A model generated the notes under the pieces. That model had not been told where the DNA came from and searched no databases. It saw only the letters and a program-made list of their open reading frames with translations. A program made the translations under genes and the position numbers. Positions 40,071-52,062 of a stretch of 64,000 nucleotides of DNA are shown piece by piece. Source of the DNA: Monocercomonoides exilis PA203. Its lineage: Eukaryota > Protista > Preaxostyla. The stretch covers positions 186,001 through 250,000 of the forward strand of contig LSRY02000043.1 in assembly GCA_001643675.2 (NCBI GenBank). Reading direction: 5' to 3'. Numbering within the stretch: the first letter of the stretch is position 1; each line of letters starts with the position of its first letter.

Positions 40071-41016
40071 CTCTCATTCTGTTTATCGTTCATTCAGAAC
40101 AAATCATATTTAATATCGATCCAACAAAAAGAAAACATAAGAAAAAGCTTTATTAATTATCATTTAAAATGAAAATATAAAAACCCTAACACCAACATCT
40201 TTGCTTTCCAAAATAAATGTAAAAAATAATCCAAAAGTTAAATATTATGGGTTTGTTGGATCAGAATGGTAAATCTTTTCTCTTATGATTGAATAAATAA
40301 TTTATTCTGTGAATTCACATTGAACATGGTACAAGTGAACATATCCTTATCTTATGTGAATTTCCTTTTGTGGTTTCTTCAATTAAAAAAATCACAATTG
40401 ATGAAAATTCAAACACCAAAAAACCTTCACGAAATTTATTACTGATTCTTAATTCTAGCCACATATGTTTCGCAAATCGGAGTTATATTCATCGTATAGA
40501 AATAGCTTTCAATGGAAAAAGATGGTTAGTTTTCATGTTCAGTCTGTATTGTGATTAACAACAAAGAAAAAAAAGAAAATCAAATTTTGAAAAAGCAAAA
40601 AGTTCTTCTTGATAAAAATCTTATATAAATAAAATAAACTTTTTAGTATAAAAAAGATTAACTTAGCTTTTCTTTTCAGTATTTCCAATTTAATGGACTT
40701 GCGAAAAGCTGAATTCTAAATTATCAAAGAGAATCACTTATTTTTGAAAGCTCAATCAGAAATAGGGACAATGCTAATTTATTGTTCAAGAACAAGATTT
40801 TACTCATTGGCATTTTCAAAAAAGGGGGAAAAAAGAACAAGAAAATAGTTGATTTTTTCATTGTTTTTGAAAATGACAGTTGAACTCATAAATATATATT
40901 AAAATCAAATACATACACACATGAGGCATCTCTCCAAAATCACACTTCCACTCACACAATGAAAGTTTGAGGAAAAATCAATGAAGTGTTTCAGATGCAA
41001 TTATAAATACACATAG

Positions 41017-41061
41017 CAAAATGCATACAAACAAAATGCATACAAACAAAATGCATACAAA
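41017..41061. repeat. Tandem 15-bp repeat (CAAAATGCATACAAA)x3
   Basis: Three exact adjacent units, directly visible, next to the 198-bp repeat. Confidence 0.9.
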
Positions 41062-41081
41062 CAATACATATTCATCGGCCC

Positions 41082-41279
41082 TTGCACATCACAGGGTGTT
41101 CAGCCAACGCAATCCAAGCAGCCAGCCAACACCCATTCGCAATGTGCTCACAACTCCAACCCTTCTGTGTTTCCTCAATTCCTGACAGTTGCCAACATAA
41201 TCGAAACTCGTTCAATCTTCAGCAAGCTCACATTCTCACATCTCTCCACAAGCTCAACAACATCTGAGGAACATGCTCT
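41082..41279. repeat. 198-bp dispersed repeat, copy 2
   Basis: ~94% identical to 2590..2787; begins 13 nt downstream of the stop codon of the minus-strand gene at 41293. Confidence 0.92.
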
Positions 41280-41292
41280 GCACACAATTAGA

Positions 41293-44200
41293 TCATTGAC
41301 TCATTAGCTGCTCTGTCCCTTCATCCTTCGCCCTGTCTGCTGCCTCTTCCCTGCTCCTTTCCTTCTTTGTGCTGCCACTCCCTTCTTCTCTCACACACCT
41401 CGACTCCTCCTCAGCCCCAACCCCAACCGCATCAGACATCGTCATCACCACTGCCCCTCCCACAAAATGCTTGAACGTCTCCCGCTTTATCTCATCCGGA
41501 GATGGCCTGTTCCCCACTTTCTCGCACACACACCTCCCCACCAGCTCCCTCACCGACGACTCACACACCCTCGACACATCCGGCCTCTCCTCATCTTTGA
41601 TCTTCTGCCCCGCCACCTCTGCCGCATACTCCCCAAACGGCACCTCCAGCGTCAGACACTCCCACAGCATCATCCCTATCGAGAATGCCACCGACTCCTT
41701 TGTTGCTCCCATGTTCTTGTTCATCAGAAGTTCTGGCGCCTTCCACCTCAGACACTCCTTCCAATTTTCATCCTCCTCCTCAAACGCAGATGAGGGCAGA
41801 GAATCTCTATCCCCATCATCATCACTTGCAGACGTCGCAACTGTCGATGATGAGATGGATGATGAGTCCGAATCATCGGAGGAAGAACAGTCGGAGTGGA
41901 GGGCAATGCAGATAACCATGTGTTCTGAGAAGAGAACAATGTGAGGACTCAGACTGGAAAAAGAAGATAATCCATTTTCCATCTCATCAAAAGAGTGGAG
42001 TGCCCCATTCGCCACCCAGAACAGGATCTGTGCAGCTGTCTGCTCCCTCTCCTGAAGAGTCCCAATCGCCATCTCCTTTGTTTTATTCAACCCATGAAGC
42101 AACATGAACAGCGAATCCCTCAGATCCACAATCAGCTTCTCATGGGGAGACGAACAGGCCATTGCATCCACCAGATTCGACATCGATGAGGTGGTTGGAC
42201 ACAGATCCTCCCCTCGAACAAATGTGGTTTCGGTGTCTGTTGACGAAATGGAAGGTGATGACGATCTCTTTTGAATCTCTTCTTCCCACTCCTTCTCATC
42301 CACCTCCTCCAATACCCATTCTGGAATCTTGTCTGAATCCTTTCCAAGAATATATTCTGTGGAACCACTCTCAGACAGAAGATGCTCCGATGACTCTGAA
42401 TGTTCCATATTCGTGTCATACACTCTTTTCTTCATTCTCTCCTCATTCTTCTTCTCAACCTCCCCTGCAGCTCTCCTCCATTGCTCCTCAGGTGACATCT
42501 CCATCGTCACCATCTCAAACGCCTTCGCATCCTTCTCAATATTATCATCAACAATCTCTTTGTATTTTCTTGCCTCTTCTTTTGTCCTTCTCCATCGAAC
42601 AACAAATACAACAAATCCAACAAGAACAATCAAAAACAGAACAACAAATGTCACTGCAATTATCACTGCCCATGACGCTTTCCCCTCTTTTCCACCTTCA
42701 ACAATCCTTTCATCTCCCTTTCCCTGACCTTCGCTCCTGTTCATCAATATGAATGATTGTGTTGATAAAGGAGATTCTGCATTCCCAAACAAAACACAAA
42801 CACTCACCTCTATTTCATCTCCACAATTGCTGATTATATCTTTCGCAACGCTTCCTTCAACTTCTCTTTCTGACAAAAACCCATTTGAATCAAAATCATA
42901 ATGCTCAATATGTTTCTCTTCTCCTTTCCTCTTCACAACTGAGAATGACAGATTGCATGGAATAAGAAGCATTCCTTTGAATACAAATTTCATTCCATCT
43001 CCTTCTTCCTTTGCTTCCACTCTCTCCAATATCGGAATGAAAAATGATGATTCTCTCTCTGAAGCAATCACTTCAAAACTGCATCCATCATTCAACATCC
43101 AAAGTGATGAATTATCCTTCCAACCATCTCCTCCTTTCAAACTCATCACATTCAATGTCCCAGAATTGGAACAAATGATATTCCTTCTCAGAGATGGATA
43201 TCATTCAATCGATGGATTGCTGTCAATGAACTCTCCTTTCTCAATATTCACATTTCCTCCACTCATTGTTATTCAACCCTATGGTGAATTCGAGATTGTT
43301 GTGTCTTTCATCAAAACAGAACTCTTCACAACATCCACAAGAGATCCATCCCATCTGCACATCTCTTCTCCCGCATTTGAATTCTTTTCATTTCTTTCCC
43401 AATTGCTTTTTGAAACACAGTCATTTTCTTCATCATTTCCTTCATCTCCATCGAATGAGCAAGATTCCATTCTGACATTGGTGCATTCACTGATCTCCAT
43501 CTGCCCTCCCTTCTTGTTCACTTTTCTCACTCCCCTCATCGAGCAGTTCAACAAACTCACTTCCTTCTTTCCATCTCTCACTCCAATGATGCTTCCAACA
43601 CCCCTCATAGTCACATTCATCACATTCCCCATCTTCATCTCCACTCTCGAATCTCCCCCAATCACCACCATCCCTGAACATTTCGACTCAACCCCCCAAA
43701 TCCTTGTTTCTGTCATCACAACTGCTCCCCCTTCACAAAATGAAAACAACGGCTGGGTGGTGCTTATCCAGCTGAATGTGCACTTCTCCATCGACAGCTC
43801 TCCACTCACAATCCCCATCAATGTCCCATTCACTTCCATCACAAACAGACACTTCTCAACACTGCACTCACCCTCAAACACCACAATGCTCTCTTCATCC
43901 CATCCCACCTCAATCCTCGAATCCAAATGAATCGTGGCTGCTGTCCTCCTCACCGACTTCACTTCCATATCCCCAATCAAACATTCTCCCTCAATCTTCC
44001 CTTCTTCGTCAATCAAAATGGAATTCCCCACTCCCCTCTGAATGTGCTTCACTGCACCCTCGATGCTCAAGCACGGATTGCTCTCACCTCCACATTGTCT
44101 GCTGTCTCTCCCACCCCCACTCACAAACACCTGCAGCCCATGGAAGAATGTGATCAGCGGAATCAGATCAACCACAACCCCATCAACTGCATCACTCCCA

Positions 44201-47200
44201 CACATCGAGTTGTTCGACTTCAGTGCATCCTGCTCGAAGTCCAATTCAAACAGCGTTTCATTGATCTGTTCCCCAATCGAGTGGTACTTGATGAACACAT
44301 CCTTCCCCGCAAACGCCTCGTTCATCACAAATCGGATGTTCTCCATTCTCAACCCGAGTGGCGATGCTGGCATTTGATCTGGCACTCGATTTGGATCGAG
44401 TGCATCAATCAACATCCCTCCTCCCTTTCCATTCCCTGTTGAACATACACACATCCCAAATGAACACCCCCTCACTTTCAGCTCTGACTCCCCACTCTTC
44501 ACACACACCTTCACTCCTCCCCCTTCCTCACTCATCTCGCTCACACACTTCGTCATCACACTCCCTTCCATCACATGCTACATTCCATCCAAGAATGATC
44601 CTGCACTCACCACACATCCTCTCCCATCTCCACAACTGATGTTTCTGAATGTCGATCCATTCATTGTCAAAACCATCTTTGTGTTTCTCATTCCTCTCTT
44701 TCCCAACCTGCTTGTCTGTGATCCCTCACCCAATGAAATCAGACTCCCTCCTGAAATGCTTGTGTTCAATATCGACACATTCACCAAACAAACCACTTCC
44801 ACTTCTGGGCCAAACACCAAAAACCCTTTTGCCAGACTGAACTGGCTGAGTGTACAATCCTCAACCACCACATTCCCTCCATACACTTCCATCACACAGT
44901 ATTTCGTTTCACCTGACTGTTCCTCGCAAACAAATGAGCACCTCACAATCGAAAATGCTGCTGAGGATGATCATGATTGAATGAATGATGGATGAGAAAC
45001 ATGTTCATTTGGCAGAGTGATTGACACATTCTTGAATGATAGTCTCACATTCGTTGTGATCATCGATTCCTCATCCCCTTCTCCATCCATTCCACTCACT
45101 TTCAAAACTGTCTCTTCATTCTCTCCCTCAATCACCACAGCTGGTTTCCTGGTGGATGAAGATGAGACAAACGATATCCCCTTCTCAACCAACCCTGAAC
45201 CACAAATGATGATCTTTGATTCTCCTGCCTCAACTGCGGAATATCTCAGTGAAACAAGATGATCAATCGATGAGCATGGTGCAACAGAGAATCCACAACC
45301 ACTGAAGTCTCCTCCTTTCTCTCTCGAAACAAACCCATTCCCACTCCAATTATCCCACAAATACACAACCAGTGGAATCACATATCCCTCCTCTCCTGTT
45401 GTCTTCCTCTCCCATCCACACAGCTCATCCAACGATCCCAACTCCTCTGAACTCATCTCCCATTTGAAGTGCTCCTCATTCACAATCTTGCTCAGATCCC
45501 ATCCCAAAACAAACACATTCTTCCCTTTCCATGCATTGCATCCCTCAAATTCCATGCACTCCAATGAAAATGTTCACATTTGATTTGGAAGTTCAATAAA
45601 TATCCCTCCTCCCATTCACTTTCCTCCCTCTTCCCTATCCTCTGATGGTACTTCACATCCAGAATATTTCACATTTTTTATTTCCAAACTCCCTCTCTTC
45701 CCCACTGTCATCATCATTCCTCCTCCTTTCATCTGATCTCCACCCGAGCAGGTTGATGAAAAATTGCTTTCTTCAATTTTCACATTTCCATTAACGCCCA
45801 TACCCACATTCAAACATCCCACATCCACCCCTATCGCTTCCACTCCAATCACTCTGCTATTCTTCATCTCCAATTCAACTCCATTTGAAATAGCAACTGG
45901 AGATTTCCCATTCATTATCACTCCCCCCTCCATCACAAATCCATCAACAATCAACTCTCCTCCCACAATGTTTATAACATTATATCCTATCTTTCCATCG
46001 GTCAATGCTCCGCTCTCAAATGAGACTGAACAGTTCGTCACACTGAGTGTTGATGTTGAATGGATGAATGCACTTCTCCTTGAATTCAACTGACCTTTCA
46101 CAACAAATGAAAGTCTCCTCATTGTCAGGGAACTCGAACATCCAACAAGCCAGTCTTGTGTGACTGATCCTCCATCACTCACATTCACTCCCATCCTCTC
46201 TCCATCGGGTGATGCTGCTATTCTGCCTGAAATTATCACACCAAATGATTGTCCTGTTATTTCCTTGGTGATTGACGAAGATGAGACAACCTCTATTTCT
46301 GTTGAACTTTCACTCAATCTCGAGTTCGCACAATAATCAACTGTTAAACACCTGAATGTGTCAAGAAACACATTCAATGGGAATATTCCCATCCCTCCCT
46401 CATTACGATCATATCCCATCAACTCATCATAAATAGATGCATTGTGTCCAACATTCAGCTTTGTGGTTGTTATTGTCCCACTTACCATCCCACTCTCATT
46501 CACAAACACATCTTTCCCTCCCAATGTTGCACTGCAGCCAACAAAACTCACTGTTGTTATCGCAAAATCAAATGAGTTATCTGCCAGATACAGCATCACC
46601 CCTCCTCCATATCCGCTGCATTTTGTTTTGTTGAACGTTGTTGCACCTCCATTGTGCGATGTTGATGTTCCAATTCTCACTTGGCTTGTTGAAGAAGCCA
46701 ACTCAACCTTTATCCCTCCCCCATTCCCATTCTCATATACGCATCCCTCTATTGTTGTATTCCACACCACAAATGTCTCTCCTGCCTTCACGCTCTTTGC
46801 CATCACCACCCCATCTCCTTCAGTCAGATTCACATTTCGAATTGTCACATTTGACAGAAAACTCTCTTCTGATTCAACTTCTCCTGATGATGGTTCTGTT
46901 AATAGAGGTTGATTCATTTTCATATTTTTGATCTCCACATCAACCATCTTTAACTGACTCAGCACCACTTCAAACACACACTTCGTCATTCCACTCCCTC
47001 CTGATGTCGAAGAGTCGATCACAACATCCTCCAGTGAAAGTGTCCCGCTTCCCAGTGACACCACAAACACACTCGGCGATGAGCTTCTTGTCGCGTTGTG
47101 ATCGATCCCCATATGTCCCACCTCCAGTTGGCCAGTAGATATGCTAAACAGCGTTGTCGATGAAGAAGAAAGAGAATTCATCCCAATCACACTCATAGCC

Positions 47201-49218
47201 TTCCCTCTCCCAACAACAGAAATCTTCTTTCCCCCGACATTGATTGTCGCCCCTTCACTCACATGCCTCCCACATAGCACTGTGATTGTCGAGCTCAGCT
47301 GTGCCATGCTCTCATCCACTGCATGCCCCACTGTCTTGCACGGTGCCAATTCAGTCATCCCACACAGATTGCTCGAGTCATCTCCACCCACCCCAACAAA
47401 CCAATTCTTCATTTCATGCAACCAATCCTTCTTTTCTGCCATCTGATATCCTTTTGCCCAATAGTATACTCTCATCTCATTGGTATTCGTTGTATATGAT
47501 TCAAAGAATGGGTTATTTGATGAAAAAAAATTGTAATCATCTTCCAAAAACACATCACGGCCATCGGCATTTGAAATAGAGCACATGCAATTGAAAAAGA
47601 GGAAGAAATAACAATAAAAATTGAAACTTGGAGCTTTTGATTGACATGGATAAAAATACAATCCTCCGCCGTATGACACTGCTGAACACGAAATAAACTG
47701 AAGGCTCCGCATTTTGAATACAGCCGGAACATTTTGACAATACATCCCTCCACCATAGGAACCTGTAAGCGAGCACGAAGTGAATAAGCACTCAAATACG
47801 CAAGCGCTCTCTCCTTTACCATTTTCTGTTCCAATACATTCTGATCCAGAAACATTAAAAGAATTAAGAAAAAGTCCTCCTCCATTACTATATGCATAAC
47901 ATTTCTCGAATTCGCAGCCGCTGATCCTGACACACGTTAAAATTGATTCAGCTAGCATTCCACCTCCACGATAACTTTGAGCGGTACAAGCATTGAATGA
48001 GTTGTTCTTGATCTTGATTGAACTGATTTAATAGCACATAATTCCTTCTCCACAACAATATGCAGTGCAGTCGTTAAACGAACAATATTTCACTGAAAGT
48101 GTTCCAGATGACATGCCAGACATGAAAATGGCTCCGCCATTTTATTCTCCATCTGAATAAAAAGTTCCTGTTTTAGTTGTTTTTGAACCATTCCACTCAC
48201 ACCAAGAAAACGAATTCGCTCCATTATCTGTCTGATTCTGTCTCCCTGGCTTCGATGGATTCCCTTCACTCCCATTGATTGCAACATTTCTTGTCCTGCA
48301 ACATCCAATAAATGAAGTGTTTGATGCAGTCAAGGAAGCCAAGGGATTGTTCAGAGAGGGAACAATCCCTCCATCATACACATCATGAACAGATGAAAAG
48401 GAGCAGCTGTTCATCAAACAAGATGTTTCAAAAAAAGAAGTGAGTGGAGGTGAATGGGAAGTGGATGCTGTTGAAATGTTGAAAAATGTCAATTTGGAGA
48501 GTGATATATGAAAAATGGATGATGATGCTAAAAACGGGGCTGCAGACACACGAAAAGAGGTGAAATGAGATGAACGAACAGAAACATGACAATTCTCATG
48601 AAATTCTTTTTCCAATGTTTTTGAAGAGAAAAGAGGTGGACAATTATGTAGAACAAGATCTGAACGCAATACGAGAGAAATGTTTGAAAATGTCCCACAA
48701 CATCCAGACAAATCAAATGGAGAGATCTCTCTCACGATTCCAATCTCACATCCGCTCAATTCAATTACACTGCCTCCCTTTGCTTGAATCACACTTCTCT
48801 TTCCATATGGAATTAAAATCAACGAATTCAGCTTCATTGAACAGTTGAGCATCTTCAAGCATCCTCGAATTTCGCTTCTTTCATTAACTTTTCGTTTTTC
48901 AAAATTATTATTATTTTCATTCTTTTCATCTGAGATTTCTTTTTCAATTTGGCCATTTCCTTCACTCATCTTTTTCGTTTGCTTTATCAATAGATTATCT
49001 TCATTTTCATCCTCTTTCTTTAATCCTCCTAAACCTTCTAAATGTGTATCAAACACACTTTTATCTTCGTTTTTATCGTTTTGGAGCTCATTTGCCCTTT
49101 TATCTTCGTTAAAATCGATTTTCCTTTCTTTATCTGGTTTTTTTTCTAAACAAGCCTTGTCATTTGTAACATCCATGCACATGCACTGCACACAAAAAAT
49201 GCAGACAAATAAGTTCAT
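41293..49218 (-). pseudogene. Large Cys/Gly-rich (parallel beta-helix-like) surface protein with one TM helix and a cytoplasmic pseudokinase domain, interrupted by nine in-frame stops
   Basis: Six track ORFs all lie in one frame. Signal-peptide-like start; repeated GGG-hydrophobic/F-x-x-C motifs; TM segment WAVIIAVTFVVLFLIVLVGFVVFVV; kinase C-lobe remnants LRWKAPE, FSIGMMLWECLTLEVPF and NRPS without GxGxxG, HRD or DFG. Confidence 0.8.
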
Positions 49219-50051
49219 TCCTGACAGCGATCAAGCAATTCTTCTAAAACAATCACTTTTTCTATATTTCTTGATATTTTTTAATTAATATGGGCATGTT
49301 GTTTTTTTATTTGCAGGCATATTTTTCTTTATCCCGATTTTATGAAATGAATGAGCTTTTGTTTTCGGGTGGCAGTATTGCTGCATTTTCTTTTTTGTTG
49401 GGTTTTGAGAAGATCTTTTGGCGATTGGCCTGATCTTTCTTGGAATGAATCCGCAGCGTTTTTCTTGCACAAACAATGAAACATTTTTATGACAAAGCTG
49501 GAAGCGTGACTCCATTTTGATGTGAAGTCATGCCATTTGATTGGAAGCATTATTTGTTCTTCTGCAAGCGCATTAGCAGACAAAACGATATAGATATTGA
49601 ATGAAGGATTTTGGAAAAAGGAAGAGGACAAAAAGGAAATGTTTAATCATTTTTGATTGTATTCAGTTTGCAATTATCTTTTGATCCTAATTTGAATTTT
49701 GTTTATTGTTGTGTTGCCAGCTTCAGAAACCTTGAACAGTTTTTCGAAAATGCGAAATGCCTGTGGTGTGATAAGCCGGAAAGAACATATTTTATTTAAT
49801 CGTGAAACTGGATCTATAGAAGGAATTTGCGGATTTTTTCACATGTTTTTGGACAGAAACAGATTTTATTTCAGGAGAAGATGAGAATTTTAAAAAAATT
49901 GATGAATGACAAAAATATAAATGAAAGAAGGAATCTTATTTGAAATGAGAGTGTATGCATTTCTTTTCTTGTGATGAAGTTTGAGAGAAAATTCATTAAT
50001 TTTTTTATTATTTATTCAACAGAGTTATCAATGAGCAATGGTCGAGGACTT

Positions 50052-51010
50052 TCATGCCTCTTTTTGCTTTGCTGTTTGGACAGATTGCTTTGGTGGAGGA
50101 TAACAAGAGATGGAAGATAGAAGAATTGGACCAAAGAGCTTGTTTGGAAGAAGAAAATGATCAGAGAAATGAGATGAACTTTTGATGAAGAAGGAAGAGA
50201 TGGAGATAGAGGTAAGACATTCTGAAGAAAAGTGAATTGAGACAGAATGGAATGAGATCAGAGGATGAGAGGAAATCATATTGAAAGCGAAAAAGAAGGA
50301 ACCAATTTGAGTGGATGAATCCGATGGATCGGTAGGAAGACTCTTCTTCATCCTCAATTTCAAAATTGCTCCATTTCATCTTCGCCTTCTCCTTCTTCGT
50401 TCTCTTCATTGGCATAACAACCTTCAAACACATCTCAAGCATATTTATCAGCTTCTTCATCGCCATTTTCACTTTTTTATAGAAAAAAGACTCAAATCCG
50501 TAATTCTCCACTTCCTCTGCTGCTGTTCAGCCGCTCTGCACACAAATTCATTCACAATTGTCTTGAGTGTTAGAGGTGAATCTTTCCTTTTTCAGATGAT
50601 GAACAAAGGAAAAGATGAAGTGATGTTGCAATCATTTTCTTCTCCTTCTTCTTTGTGGTTATCGTTGTCATCTGTTTCTATCTCATCTTCTTCCACTTCT
50701 TCTGCAGTTGACAACAGGCGTAGTAAAAGAGGGGTTAACAGGGAAATACTTCTATTGACTGGGATTCGATACATAGAAAGTTAAGGAAAGTGTGTATTGA
50801 TAAGAGAGTTGTTTATGTTGCGTATAAGTAGGACTGCTCTGTTTGGAAGTTGATTATTGGGAATGTGTGAGTATGATGGAGAAGGAGAAGTTGAAAGAGA
50901 GAGAGAGAGAAGGAGAGAAAAATCGGGTTCTAGAATATATTTGAATGATGTATTTTGGATAGCAGCAAGACTATGCACTCCAGCATTGTGACTCTTCTTC
51001 TTATCTGCCT
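50052..51010 (-). pseudogene. Frameshifted remnant of another lineage-specific multicopy gene
   Basis: Short coding-like pieces (50781..50978, 50592..50774, 50161..50511) in different frames separated by stops. Family assignment from recall only. Confidence 0.45.
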
Positions 51011-51291
51011 AAGAGTTAATCGATTGCTGGTTTGCTTGTTCATTCATCTCAAGCCAGTCGATTACCTCCTCGAGATTGTTTGCCGTTGCTATCAAAGATA
51101 TTTTCAGGGAAAGATGTAAAAGTTGTGGTTCATTTTTTCTTCAGCTATTATTTTCTTGGACAAACAGCAAGATCAACTTCATCAACTGTTTTATATGCGC
51201 TTCTCCTTCTTTAACGTCTTCTGCCTCAACTCATATTCACACCATGTCCCTTAAAAAAATATTCCTCTTTTCTTTTTCGTCTTCGATGTAA

Positions 51292-51445
<154 letters not shown>

Positions 51446-52062
51446 ATTAACTTCTTCAGAAGTTTCAGCCTTTTTATTTTCTGGTGCTTCTCTCTCTTAT
51501 TTAGCGATGTCTGGGCAGAATGTGCTGCCATCCAGTTCGATGAGCAATCTGTCGCTGGACACGGGCGAAGGGAAAGTGCTGAGGAAAATCATTGCTTTCC
51601 AAGAAGAACGCATTTCTGCACTGACTCAGCAGACAAGACGGATGCTGGAAAAGGAAAGGCGCTCGCATGTGGAGGAAGAAAGAAGACGGAGAATGCAAAT
51701 TACAAATCAGACCTTGATGTTCTCAAAATGATGATAGTATTATTTAGTTAAAAAGTATTTTTAATTTGCAAAAACATTCTCTGCAATGTATTTTTTCACT
51801 CAATTTAAGTTTCAATTTTTAATTTAGATTTTTTTTAAATGAAATGTAAGTTACAGTGATACCAAATGAGTGTGAGACTTTTAAGGAATTTTCGCTAAAC
51901 TTTAAAAGAAACAAAAACGCAATATTCAAAATATTATCCCTCCGTTTTGAGAATAAAACATTTTTCAAATAAAAAAGAAAATAAAAAAATTTTTTAAATC
52001 CTTTTAATCAAAATTTCAAAATATAACTTACATGAATTACACATCAGATAGTCTTCGTTTCA

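Noticed and set aside
41293-49218. Alternative genetic code (stop-codon reassignment, as known for TAA/TAG=Gln in some oxymonads) to explain the in-frame stops
   Set aside because: All three stop types occur, at positions that look like Gly, Glu or Ser rather than one amino acid. Conserved genes here end in TAA (SUMO, CPSF100, AlaX), TGA (Hikeshi) and TAG (reductase) and have no internal stops.
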